In this document: piece by piece, positions 23,116 to 35,879 of the stretch
How positions within the stretch are numbered: position 1 is the first letter of the stretch
Layout of the letters: each line of letters begins with the position of its first letter
DNA from: Callorhinchus milii
Taxonomy: Eukaryota
Assembly (NCBI RefSeq): GCF_018977255.1
Contig: NW_024704743.1
Location: 29,514,001-29,578,000 of the forward strand
Length of the DNA: 64,000 bases
Direction of reading: 5' to 3'
Notes under the pieces: model-generated
The model's database searches: none
What the model was told of the DNA's origin: nothing
What the model saw: only the letters and a program-made list of their open reading frames with translations
Translations under genes and position numbers: made by a program

Positions 23116-24649
23116 ATAAGCTCCAATGCAGTGCTCCATTGTCCGAGGTAGTGTGTCCTTCAGAGGAGACGTTAAGCCAAGGTCTCGTCTGCTTGTTAGG
23201 TGTTATTTGGAAAGAGAGGGGAGTTTCTCTTTGTCTTAGCCATCAATTCCCCAAATAAAATTGGTCACTCACCCCATAGCTGTTTGTGGGACGTTGCTGT
23301 GCACAATGGCGCCGTCACTTTCAATTACAAATATCCAGTCATTCATTACACTTTACAGTATATAAAGTGATCAGCTAATCCTCTCATTAGTTCATAAAGC
23401 CATTATTTTGCCTTTGGCTTAATCTGTTTCTTCCCCTTTCCATATAGTTAGGTCCATTCCTTCTTCTCACCACAGAATATTTGTTGAATCAAGGAGGTCA
23501 TTCAGCCCATTGTGTCTGTATTGGTCCTGGTTCTCCAATGTAGCTACTTACACTAATCGTATGCTCTTTCCCCATATTCTACATTTCCACATATTCTTTA
23601 ACATAATTTTTAAGTAGTTATTCAATTTCTTTTTAAATGCTATTTACTCAGCTTCAGCAGACAGTTGTGATGGAAGAAATCTACAGTCTGTGCAAAAATT
23701 CTTCTGAACTCTTAACTTTTATTTCTCTGGAGTAATTCTTGGTTGATGGTCTCATGCTACTGACTCATTCATCAGTGGAAATGGCCTGCCACGCTGAGCA
23801 TGATTTTTTAGTAATGGAGAGAATTAAAATGATCTGGGTCCATTTTTGGTAGATGCTTCTGGATATCATGCTTAATGTAACAGAAATAAACATCTCCCAA
23901 TTGTGCATTATTAGAAAATGTTTCATATCAATTGGGAATACTGCAGACTATGCAAATTATTTCCAAACAGTCTGACATTTATAAATACATCCTTGGCAAC
24001 TTGCACCAGCAATTGAACTTCATTCTTTCTCCATTCCTTTCTTTATTCTCCCATGCAACATCTTTCAGCACCTGCTTACATTCCAGCCTTTCTGATTCAA
24101 TAAACTCTCTGCATGTCATCAAATCATTAGTCAGCATTTCTCGGCACATATATATGAAGCTGAGCCTTCTCAAAGCTCCCAGGCATTTGTCTGTCGTACC
24201 GAGTAAGATTTCAGCTTTATTCATTTTTAAAAATCTTTTTTCATTTGAAAACATATTTCCAATATGTATTACTTCAACCCTGCCAGTCTCTGAACTGTTT
24301 TCCCTGACCCCCCCCCCCCCCCCCCCGGTGTGCTTGCAGAAGGGTCTCCAGTGACTGCATAAAGCATCGAGCTTCAGCTTTAGGGCATAAAAAGCACATA
24401 AAACTGTAATTAATATTTGTGCCCTTTCAAGGTTCAAAAAGTGTAAGGTATCAAATTGCACAATGTTTCATTCATTCTCAAAATCTGCCATTTCATCCAT
24501 AAAATACAGTCAATCCACTTTACAGTATATTGTGTGAAACTCTTTGAGATGTCTCGATGACTTCATGAGGCACAATGTCAAAATTGCGTGTATTCAAATA
24601 TGACTCACAAAGCGTAGCAACAAAAAGAGAGCCTAGAAAATAGTTATCA

Positions 24650-24930
24650 GACCTTACTACATCAAATGTCTCAAAGCACTTTACAGTATTATTGTTGAGT
24701 GTAATGGTTTCTGTAGGTAAAGACAGCAGCCATTTTGTGCACACTGATGAGGTTAATGATTATTTTTCTGGGGGTTCGTGGCCAGGAAACTGGGAGAAAC
24801 TCCCTTCTCACATCAAAGAGTACCATTGCATCCTTAACATCCACCTGAAGAACAGATATTGGTTGAATGTGTCTTCCAAAGGCAACACCTTTTACAACGC
24901 AGTACTCCCCAAGACTGAGCCTGAGGCCCA
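24650..24930 (-). mobile_element. Deu-domain SINE (family A)
   Basis: Reverse-complement Deu body (ggccaggaaactgggagaaactccc..tccttaacatccacctgaa) and L2-like tail. Confidence 0.7.
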
Positions 24931-25044
24931 AACATCAATTTGCATTAATGTAGCACACTTCAAATTGGGTAAATAGGGTAGCTTCTCAGAGTTCGTCACA
25001 AGGACAAGGTTAGATGCCAAGCAAGTTAGAGGAGGTGGTCCTAA

Positions 25045-25560
25045 CCACACAAAGCAGTAGGTATTGAGGTTGGATTTAAAGACAGATAGAGAGAGGGTGA
25101 GACAGAGGAAGGGAGGGAGATCCAGAAGTTATGTGTATAGAATCTGAAGGATCGGCCACCGAAGATGGCACAGAGAGGGCTGGGAATGCGCAGCAAGCCC
25201 GAAATTACCTCTGCGGAGAGGGAAGCGGAGGAGGAGTGTTGGAGAACATCAGAGAGATCAGTGGAGCCTGACAGGACAGGGATGATGGTTACATGGAGTT
25301 TGGTGCAAATCAAGATATGGGTGGCAGAGTTTTGGATGAGTTGTAGCTTATGAATGGTGGAGCTAGGGAGACTAGTCAGGAGTGCACTGGAAAAGTTTAA
25401 ACAGAATGTAACAAAGGCATCAATAAGTGTTTAGGCGGCATCGGGTGTGAGGCATGTTGCTGGGCAATGTGGTGGAAGTGAAGGAAAGAGCTCTTGGTCA
25501 GGGGTTAGAGAAGAGGGAAAAAGAAAGGCTGAGGATCGAACTGTACATCAAGGGTATGCA
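25045..25560 (-). mobile_element. L2-clade LINE fragment (diverged)
   Basis: 'gcagagttttggatgagttgtag' encodes LQLIQNSA on the minus strand; a 'GRSFR..FWISLP' frame is also present. Confidence 0.75.
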
Positions 25561-26811
25561 CCAGCAAAGTGAAGCTAACACCATTTAACACAACGGTGAG
25601 AATTCTACCAACTAAGCCAGGCTGAAATTCACAAAACAGACAGAAGAGAGAGGTACAATTGAGACATAGAAAATACAGACTGATACAAGAGAGCGAAAGA
25701 TGAAAACAAGAAAATAAAAGGAGGCAGCATATCAAATATGAGAGAGGGAAGAAATCAGAAAACAACACATCACTCTCAGTTTCAATTAAAATACACAAAG
25801 ACCCTTTCTCCCGCACTTTAAATCCCTTGACCTGACACTGAAGCAATTATACATTCATTGCGGTGAACACTAGAAATGTGTATTGTGCTGATCAGGGCTG
25901 GGCTCCAGCTGAATGTTGAGAGCTATAACACCAGGCCACACAGGCTGTCAGAGTAGGAGCACCAACAGGACCAAGCTTCAGAAATTGGAATGGCATGAAA
26001 TATAGCTGGGCAGAGGTCCAGTCTGCATTCCAGCACACTTGAGGAAACAAAACTACAGCTCAGTAATATTTTGATACCACATTTTCTCGAATGTTTTGTA
26101 CATGTAATTGACTTGGAAATATTTGTCAAAAATTCCTTTTTAAACATTTGGGCAAGAAACTTTTTTCAGGGGAAGGGGGTAAGTTTTCCAAGGGTGTTCA
26201 TATGGGTATTTTATTATTTCATTCAATACAAAGGGAGTGTGTGAGGAGCAGGAAGTACGTACCTCGTTGCAAACAGCGTATTTGCTGGATTACCTGCTAT
26301 CAGTCAGGGAAAGCTGTTGTGGGTAACAGCTTTATGAAACACACAGTATCCTGGGAGCGGATAATCAGCGGTGGTACATTCAAAGAGTTCACCCTTCCTA
26401 CAAGTTGATTAATTTATTTATCTTAATTTGTATCTAGCATGTTGTATTTGGCATGTACTACATTTTAATATTTCCTTGCAATAAAATCTAAATCACTTTA
26501 TTATTGCTGCAAGCTGGGCATTTTAAGCCAAGCTGTAAGAACGAAGTGATGTGAAAGGGTAATCAGACAGACTAAAATCTGAAGCTTTGCAGGAATTATT
26601 GATATCTCAAGGTATGTGTTTGGCAGCAGTGTGCCATTTTTGTACATTTTAATACATATTATACACAGATATCTGTGTATAATATGTATTATGAACAATA
26701 ATAATACCACAAAACCCTATCATGGCACCAAGAAAGCCAACAAATTCAATAGAGTCACTAAGCAGGAAATGAGCTGGGTTCAGTAGTAAGCTACGTTATG
26801 TTTATCTTGAA

Positions 26812-26824
26812 TGACCTGTGACCT
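26812..26824 (-). promoter_or_regulatory. Perfect DR1 nuclear-receptor element (AGGTCA-c-AGGTCA)
   Basis: Plus strand reads tgacctgtgacct, in non-repetitive DNA. Motif match only. Confidence 0.4.
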
Positions 26825-27194
26825 GGGAACTTTCATGCATAGTTAAAACTTCAATTTTAGCTTATGAGACTGCCCAGCTCTACATACTATTACACAGATA
26901 GTCTTTTGTGAGATTGCAACACCTAAACTCCCAGAATCATGGCCTGTATTAGTCATGGTATTTCATATTGTAACAGGCACAGGGTTGCTGCAGAAGAAAC
27001 AATCAACGCCAGTCATAGTCAGCCTGGCTCAGTTGGCAGCACTCTGACTCAAAAGGTTGGGGGTTCAGGCTTCACATTATAATTTTGAGCTCATGGTCTC
27101 TTAAAACCCAATTTCTAAAGAGCAGGGTGGCCCTAGCTGAACAAGCAGCAGGACGTTTGCCAGACACTGCACTCAGTGGTAAACTATGACTTTC

Positions 27195-27405
27195 TAGCTG
27201 GTCCCCAAGCCTTGGCTCTTGCCAAACCTACACCTAATATTCTCTGGAATTAGGTATCCAGGGTGTGTCCCTGCGGGGAGAGCGTGTGAATTCCATTCCA
27301 GGCGCAGAGAAATTTCCATGTTTAGGTGGCATCCGTATGCGGAACTCTCAGTCTGGTTTGAATAGTCAAGCATGGTGATGGGTTTCAGTGTCAGACACAT
27401 GGCTG
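27195..27405 (-). mobile_element. Family C TIR element copy
   Basis: ggtccccaagccttggctcttgccaaacc through aagcatggtgatgggtttcagtgtcagacacatggctg. Confidence 0.75.
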
Positions 27406-27914
27406 AGCAAAATAAAAGTTCTTCTCAGCATTGATTATGTAACATTAAAAACCTAAGTTGAAATTACAGTATTTCCTCTTACTTACTTGCTTGCTTAGGG
27501 AAAAAATACCAGTACCTGAAAAAAGCTAAACGCAAACATAATAAAACTGACAAGGTTTCATATGTATGCCTGTGTTGTAATATACTTTGGATGGTGATGC
27601 TAATGAATAGGAAACGATTTGGCTCAAGCCCTCCACCCTCTAGCAGGTGGCTCTAATTACACTGAATTACTACCATGCAATGTTTAGTCTGTTAGGTGTG
27701 ACGATAATCACTGGTAATAAATTAGGATCAACAGTGCTGTCAGCTATTACATGTAAAACCAACCCCCTGATATGGTACATTGAGCCCGTCCGACATTCCT
27801 CTTTTCTGACAATTTGCAGGAAAGTCTATTCAGTTTTTGCTTTAGCGCAATGCAACTGGAATTGTATGGATGTGCTCTGTATTCCTGAAAGCAGTGTTTG
27901 CAAATTTCACTGAC

Positions 27915-28280
27915 CTCAGTAACACTCGCCTCTTAGTCAGGTGTGGGTTCATGCCCCACATTAAGGCTTTGAACTCATAGATCTGCGGATGTGTGTGGAG
28001 GGGTGGGGGTGGGGGGGGGTTAGGGTTGGTGCTGCATTGTTGGAGATGCTGTCCTTCGAATGAGGCAGTAAACTGGGGCCTCGTCTGCCTGTTCAGATGA
28101 ACTTCAAAAATCCCATGGCACTATTCGAAAAGTGAAGTGATCTGGTCAAAAATCCCCCCAGTAATATTGATCATTCATCTCAAGGCTGTTTACGGAACAT
28201 TACTGTGCACAAATTGGCTGAAGAATTCACCTACAAAATAAAATCCTGTGAAGTAAAATCCTGTGAAATGCTTTGAATCA
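27915..28280 (+). mobile_element. Deu-domain SINE (family A), near full length
   Basis: tRNA-like head, then gctgcattgttggagatgctgtccttcgaatgag..aatcccatggcactattcgaa..gcacaaattggctg. Confidence 0.8.
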
Positions 28281-29398
28281 TTCACCCAACCAAAATGATG
28301 CCACTAAATCATAAGATCAAAAGATTGTTCGGGATGAAGAACCCGGCCCATTCTTCGGCCTATTCAATCTCATCCCTCCAAAACACCCACCATATTTACT
28401 CCCTATCACTGATTCAAGCTGCTTTTCTGAATGAGTCCAGCGTCCTAGCCTCTGCCACATTTCCTGAGAATCTGGTCTAGTCACACCATCTGCATAAAGA
28501 AAAACTTCTTGGCATCTGTCCTGAAATGAATTGCCTTGATAACTATAAATCTATATCATCTTGGTCTACTATCTTGATACATCCTAAAATATTGATCTGG
28601 GTGTACTTTTTCAATCCCATTTCAAATTTAGGCACCTCTATGAGATCTCCTCCGAGTCATTTTCTCTCAAGATTGAAGAGCCCTAGCTTGTCTAATCATT
28701 GCTCATAGGTCAAAATCTTCTAAACTCAAGGATTAATATTATTATCACAGGTTATCATACATGCTTGAAAGAACTTGCCAAGGGAGAAGTAGAAACCGAT
28801 GTCTCCTTGCAGTGTGAATTGACTTGTTACTCACAACAGGTTTGGAATTCTATTAGCCATACAGATCTTAAGTAAAGAGTTCTGTTCAGACGTCCCATTT
28901 ATTCTTAACTGCAAAATGTTAAAACCTGAAACCGAAATTTCTTTAGTGTTGGTCTCTGGCAGGGTCAAAAAGTAATGGCTGGACTGTAGCCAATTAGAGG
29001 ACATTAACAGGAAGCTGATTTAATCTTAAGCTAACAGTTGTCCTCAGTCATTTCTTTGTTCTGCATGTTTATACAGTATTTCCAGCAGAGGTATATTTCT
29101 TTGAAGATCTTTTGTGTTCCCCAGCAATTATCTAGTTCACGGAGGTTCCAAAGAGCTGTGTATATATCCATTCTTGCTGTTTTAAGTGCTCCGAGACGCT
29201 ACCAAGTGCGAAGGGTGCTATATAGATGCAAGTTGTTATTGTTTGGGGAAAAATTACATAATTTCCAAGGTATAGATAACCCACCCTAAACTTATGCAAA
29301 ACTAGACCTTTATCATGGTTTTCACAGAACGATCGTAAATCCAACAAAGGTAACAAAACACGTATTAATTTAGGTCCGACAATTAATGCTTGTTTTCT

Positions 29399-29732
29399 CT
29401 TAGTGGTTAGAGCACTTGTCTCGCAATGAAAGGACCTGGGTTCAATTCCCGGCAGGGCAAAACATTGGGCAAGTTTCCGAGCAGTAAGTAGGAACCTCGT
29501 TGTCAGTTGATCGGCAAATCTCTTTTCCGGGGGTAATAATCCAAAATAAATAAATAATAATAATTTGGTCACTCAATCCATTGTTTGTGGGACACTGCTG
29601 TGTGCAATTGGCTGCCATGTTTTGCCCACAAAATATGCAGTCAATTCACTTTACAGTATATTCTGTGAAGATTTTTGAAAAGTCTCGAAGATGTGATAAG
29701 GCACTATATCAAAATGAAAGGATTATTATTAT
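29399..29732 (+). mobile_element. tRNA-Ala-headed SINE (family B)
   Basis: agtggttagagcacttgtctcgcaatgaaaggacctgggttcaattccc head; half-Deu and L2 tail. Confidence 0.85.
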
Positions 29733-30269
29733 AAATTAGGTCAGTTATCTTAATTACACAAGAAATAATCAATACGTAATTATGTCCAAATAGTAAGGAG
29801 CAAAAATAAACAAGAAAATTAGGATGAATTAGGGTGGAGCAATTCCATGTTTAGAAGAAATTTGCTCTTTTATGAAAATGCTACAATCCTATTTGGCCTT
29901 TCTTTTCTATGCTCCTTTATTTTGCCTATGTTGGATTAATAGAAACAATCTTAATTTTAAATACTTTGAAGAAAAGTCTGTTTAAGTATGATATTTAATC
30001 CTACTGTTTTCCAATAAGCAAATTCTCAATGGAGATTAATATTTCAAATCACCAGTGTATCTGTCCTGAGAATTGCCCAAAAGCTTTGACAATTTGACCC
30101 CTTCCCCCAACATACTGTTGAGAGCATGCCAATTTGACTCAGTTGGTAGCACTCTCACTTCTGAGTTAGAAGGTTGGGCTGAAGCCCCATGAAGTGACCT
30201 TGAACTCACAGTCTAGGCTGACATTCCAATGCAGTGCTGTGGGAGTACTGCATTTTTTTGGGGTCAGGC

Positions 30270-30835
30270 CAGCCAGGTGTCTGATGCAGCTGAACTGGCT
30301 CCAAGGTAAAATGTTTGGCAACGGAATGTCGGAATGTCAGAATCGAGCCAGCCCTCTGTGCCGGTCTCGGTAGTCTAGTTCCTGAACCAGGTAGATCCTC
30401 AGTACTCCAGGGCACTGCTGATGACAGCAGAGCCAGCCTGGCTCTTCGGCAGGACATATAAGGACAAATCAGTCACTGGGGGCAGGGAATCCTCCCATTC
30501 AGTGCCTGTTAACCCTGCAAGCCAAAGCCTGAATGGGTAGGATGCTCCTAGCTGGACAAGCAGCAAGAAAGTTTGCCAGACATTGATATCAATGGCAAGC
30601 TATGCAGTTTTAGCTGATTAGACTCCAACAGTAGCCCAATGTACACTCTGGGGTCCCCAAGCCTTGGCTCTTGCCAACCTGCGCCTAATACTTTCCGGAA
30701 TTGGGTAAGCAGGATGTGTCCCTCCAGGAAGAGAGTGAGCATTCCATTCCAACAATCTGTTTCTGGGATTTCCATGTGCAGGTGGGTTACATAGAGTTCT
30801 CAGCTTGGTTTGGGTATTATTAAGCATGGTGACCC
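30270..30835 (-). mobile_element. Family C TIR element, near full length
   Basis: The left boundary cagccaggtgtctga matches the opposite terminus of other copies; the long body is shared with 43194-43595. Confidence 0.8.
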
Positions 30836-31119
30836 CCCAAAATACACACAGAAGTGCATCACCATGTTTTAGAACAGTGGTGGCCAACATATGGTCCACA
30901 GGCCAGAACTGGCCGCAGGACCATCAAGAAGAACCCTGCTCCCAGAACATTTGTACAAGTCTTAGTAAGTCTGTGTCTGATCAGTAGTGTGTTTCTAGGT
31001 TTTTCTTGATTGAATATTTCTTGATTTATAGCATAAATGAAAAAATATTCAATCAAGAAAATGTATTTTGTTGGCCACCATAAAGTTTGGCCACCACTGA
31101 GTAACCAAACTAGGTATGA

Positions 31120-31410
31120 ATGGAAATTCCCATGTTTGGAATGGAATAGCTCTCTCTTCCCAGAGCTATGCACTCTGCTTACCTATTCCCGGAGAGTATT
31201 AGGAGCGGGTTAGCAAGAGCCAAGACTTGGGGACTCCAGAGTGTGTGTTGGGATGTTGCTGAAATTTAACCAACTAAAATCGCATAGCTTGCCATTGAAA
31301 GCATTATCTGACAAGCTGTCAGGTACTATCTGACAAGCTTCCACTGCTTGTCCAGCTTGGACTACTCTACCTGTTAGAGCTTTGACTTGCAGGGTTAACA
31401 GGAGCTGCTT
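31120..31410 (+). mobile_element. Family C element internal fragment
   Basis: ttggaatggaatagctctctcttcc..gcaagagccaagacttgggga..cttgcagggttaacagg; inverted relative to the 30270 copy. Confidence 0.75.
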
Positions 31411-32304
31411 GGCATTCCATTACCAAGAATATCATCTTGGTGCCAGTTCATCTCCAAGGACACCTATCTTACCTTCCCCCCCACCACCCGCCCCCAAGAG
31501 GTTAGTTTCTAATTGAACATTTGACAGTATAGGAGGAGGACCTTTATAGAACAGCTTGTGATATGACAATCTCCTTGAAGTTCTAGAGGTCTAAGTTCAA
31601 TGCTGCAAACCAAGCTTTCTCAGCACCAATTGCTTAATCCAGGTCTTCATGTGAGGGGCTTTGTTAAATAGACATGCCCACCATCTCCACGTCCAGGGTG
31701 TTCAGCAGCATGTCAGTGTAGGCTGGAGTCCTCCCGGCAAGCACTTCTCCTGTTTATCACAAATCCACCTCATTGCCTGGATTTCACAATTGGACCGGAA
31801 AAAAAACTTTCTGCTGCATTCCCAGGAGCTGGGAACCATAAGGGAGAAATGTTTGGACGCAGTTCTTATACCTATTTTAGTACACATTTGAATAGATGTG
31901 GTTCCTTGCGTATATGTCTACCAAAACTGTAACAAGTGATGTGCAGAATGAATCTGTATGTTGCGCAGAATGAATGTTTTTAGAATGTTGGAAGTGCCAC
32001 TGTAATAAAGAGGAGTTGCATTGCTTTCTCCTGCAAACACACTGATTTCCACTCCTTTTGTAGCTTTCTTGTTCATCCAATATTCTCAAATGCCAAAGCT
32101 GAAGCAATCTGCTTGGTTGCTTCTACCTCACACATTGCATGGAGAATAGTAATGGGAAGTCTTCATCAATAGCCAGATTCTGCATATCAAGCTGCGAGGG
32201 AGAAACGTTGCCTTGTCAATTTTGTACATTTTTAGGGTGCCTGATCTTAGGAAGATAATATAATGCCTCGCATTTGATATCGTGCCTTTCACATTGGAGG
32301 ACAC

Positions 32305-32660
32305 AGAATCCTGCAGTTTAGTGGCTAGAGCGATAGCCTCGCAAGCGAGACGACCTGGGTTTGATTCCCGACAGGGTGAAAAGTTTCCTTAACTCCACGT
32401 GCCTCTGATTATCTAAGTAAGTAGGAACCCAGTTGTTAGTCGATTGGCGGATCGCTTTTTCAGGGGTAATAATTCCTTCAAAATAAAAATAATTTGGTCA
32501 CTCAATCCACGACTCTTTGTGGGACACTGCTGTGTGCAATTGGCTGTTTCGCCCACAAAATATACAGTTAATGCACTTTACGGGATATTCTGTGAATATG
32601 TCTCGAAGATGTGATAAGGCGCAATATCAAATGCAAAGATCATTATTATTGTTTATTATT
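32305..32660 (+). mobile_element. tRNA-Ala-headed SINE (family B, long form) nested antisense in an older SINE tail
   Basis: Complete head-to-tail copy. The flanks 32258-32304 and 32661-32725 join into a minus-strand Deu/L2 tail. Confidence 0.85.
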
Positions 32661-33811
32661 ATCTCAGAATACTTCACAGGAATGTAATGACTGCATGTTT
32701 TATAGGTGAACGAGCAGCCAATTTAGTCACAACTCTGTATACAATGCTCATTTTAATGAACAGAATAGGTTGTCCTTTGCACAACTCTAATTTATAATCT
32801 GATGTCCTGTCATCATCTGGTAGTATCTCATGTACCAGGCTTTTCTACCTTTCCCCAGTTTAAACAATTTCCAAGTTGTCCAGTAGTCACCTCTTTCATC
32901 TCAGATTACTATACCCTGATATAATATTCAGAGCTTGGTAAGCATCCATCAACTGGTTATGGTTAGAGAAAAGGATTTTCAAAATAAAATTTATAACCAA
33001 AAGCCAAATAGGCGCACAGAAGTACAGCCTTTAAAGGGTCCAATATAAGGTGATTTCTAATGGGATTGCTTATCGCAGAAACTGCAACTACAGTCCATCA
33101 CATGGACTCTGTTCCTACTGTTCTACTTTCCATAAAAATACTGCTGTTACCGAGGTTAATTGCATCGCAACCTAATACACTCCAAACCTACTAGGCTAAC
33201 CACACCTGAGTCCCCTTCTCATTGTCCTTTTATAGTTCCTGAAACAGTTCCATTGTCATTATCTCTTAAAAGGATCTCTCCACACTTTCAGAGTGGAGTT
33301 CTTGCAAGTTGGTGTAACTCATGAGAGTCATGACATACTTCCGGTAATTGGCAGGAAAAATCCCACTTACGTGCCTTATTAAGGAATAACATTGAGGAAA
33401 TTGCTCCATATTAGACCCCAATGTTTTCATTTCTCAGATACAAACGTGCTCAAGAGTTCACACAAGAGAGACTCAGATGGTCCACAACAGGATCAGGCTT
33501 TTTTAAATGAGTGTCCTGGCCTCAACCTAGAACATAACTGCATCTTTCTCTTTATCTAGGTGTTGTGTATTTGATGACATGATGTGCTTCTGTGAAACTT
33601 ATCTCATTGTGCCAACTAGTGTTTAGAGCACCTCTGCTTGACAGTCCTTTCAGAGTTTGAAAGCATAACTCTGGAGTGATGTATTTTCCTCAATTTTGGA
33701 GGAATGACTTATAGTTTACAGTTGAATGTGCTGGACTAGGATTGCTGGAACATACGGTACATTGTGGGGAAATCTTTGATTTTCGCATTGGTACTCCAAA
33801 ATCATTTGTGT

Positions 33812-34160
33812 GTCAGCCTGGCTCAGTTGGTAGCACTCTCGCTGCATTGTTGGAGGTGCTGTGCTTCAGTTGAAACTTTAAACCGAGGTCCTGTCTGCCT
33901 GTTCAGGTGAACGTTAAAGATCACATGGCACTATTCAACAACAACAAAATTACATTTATAGAGCACCTTTCACGTCGGGAGGATGTCCCAAAGCACTGGG
34001 GCTCAAAAAGAGACTGTCCAGACTTACAATCCCCATATAAAATTGGTCACTCATTCCATGGCTGTTTGTGGGACATTACTGTGCACAGGTTGGTTGCTGC
34101 ATTTGCACAAAACACACAATGACTGCACTTTAAAAATTATCCTGAGAAGTGCTTTGTGAA
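33812..34160 (+). mobile_element. Deu-domain SINE (family A) with an internal antisense L2-tail piece
   Basis: gtcagcctggctcagttggtagcactctcg head and Deu body; (caa)n L2 tail at ~33937-34000. Confidence 0.8.
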
Positions 34161-34174
34161 TACGAAGGGCACTA

Positions 34175-34476
34175 TAGCACCTTATCACATTGTTGCAAAA
34201 TATATTGTAAATGTGCATTTTGTGGGCGAAACATACCAGCCAATTGCACACAGTCCCACAAACAGTAGTGGATTGAGTGTCCACATTTTCTTTTGAGGGA
34301 TTATTATCCACGGAAAGCAATCCACCAAACTATTAACAACAGGGTTCCTACTTACCGCTCGGTAAACAGAGGGGTGTGGAGTAAAGAAATTTGCCTAAGG
34401 TTTCACCCTGCCCAGGAATCGAACCCATGACCTCTTGCCTGCGAGGCGAGTGCACTAACCATTATGCTACAGGACT
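34175..34476 (-). mobile_element. tRNA-Ala-headed SINE (family B, long form)
   Basis: aggaatcgaacccatgacctcttgcctgcgaggcgagtgcactaacca head and CORE-like block, both in reverse complement. Confidence 0.85.
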
Positions 34477-35379
34477 GCATCTATGTAGACCAGGGCAAGA
34501 AAAAATAAAACTCTTTGTTATAAATTGCTTGTTATATTGTACAGCACAGCTAATGCAGCTCTGCTACAGTAGGATAATGTATTGAGACACCTCACCTTAA
34601 ACAAGAAAGGACATACAGCGGAAAATATTATCTTTAGTCAACACCAAGTTTACAATTAAAACACCATAGGCTTTGAACTCGGCAGATGTCAGCATCACTG
34701 TAAATCCATTCCACCTATTTTTGTAATTTCTCACTGCTGAAGGTAGCCACTTTAGACTTTAAACATGACATAATATTGCACCAGTGGCTTACAACGACAA
34801 AAAAATTACATTTGTATAACTCCTTTCATGTCGGGAGGACGTCCCAAGCGGCTGGACAAAGATTTGGACCCGAGCTGGGGGTCCGAAACTCTGCAGACAG
34901 CAGCTAATTGCAGATGGCACCATAATCATTCTTGTAAATATACGTTGCCTTTCCTCTAAGAAGTGGACAAATACAACACTGAAGTCTTAAAATTGGTTTT
35001 GATTTAGATGTTTAGAAAATTAGTTTCAACAAGACAAGGATTCATCTTTCAGCAATGTGAGTATTCCTCGTATTTGTATTGTTATCAACGCTGAATGGAC
35101 TGATTGAAACCCATCAGGTGCATTATAACCTGTATGAAAGAGCAAAATGCTAAAAACAAGTGTTTTATGCATAACAAACTTTGCAGCTAGCATCAGCTTC
35201 AATAATCTTTGATGCTAATCTACGTGAAAGGCACTCCATAAATATAAGTTGTGGTTGTAGCTTTTGACTCCAATAGATCATTTTCGTCACATCAAGGCTC
35301 GATTATGGAAACTCCCTCCTCATCGGCCTTCCCAACTCTTCCCTTCACAAGCTGCAGATCATGCAAAACAGCTTGTGTA

Positions 35380-35879
35380 CTCCAGTGCACCAGGCTCCGT
35401 GACCCCATCACTCCCACCCTCACCCGACTCCACTGGCTCCCCATCCCTCAAAGGATCGAGTTCAAGATCCTCGTCCTCACTTTCAAGGCCATCCATGGCC
35501 TTGCCCCCTCCTACCTCTCTGACCTGCTGACTCCCTACCAACATGCCTGCTCCCTCCGTTCATCGGGCTCCAGCCTGCTCCATGTCTCCCGCTCGATCTG
35601 CCCTACCATCGGTGACCGGGCTTTCAGCCTCTCTGCCCCCACACTCTGGAACTCCATCCCACAGTCCCTTCACCTCACTTCCTCCCTTGCCTCCTTCAAG
35701 GCCGGTCTCAAGACCCTCCTCTTCAATTGTGCCTTCAGTCGCTCTCCCACCTTTCTGCTTTCCCTCACCCCGTACCCCATCCCTCCCCCAAGCTCGGGTC
35801 CTGACCCCTGACTGTCCAGGGCCTTGGGACGTCCTCCCGACGTGAAAGGCGCTCTACAAATGTAATTTTGTTGTTGTTG
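35380..35879 (+). mobile_element. L2-clade LINE 3' end (well preserved)
   Basis: 'DPITPTLTRLHWLPIPQRIEFKILVLTFKAIHGLAPSYLSDLL..GDRAFSLSAPTLWNSIP..FKAGLKTLLF', 3'UTR and (ttg)n tail. Confidence 0.93.
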
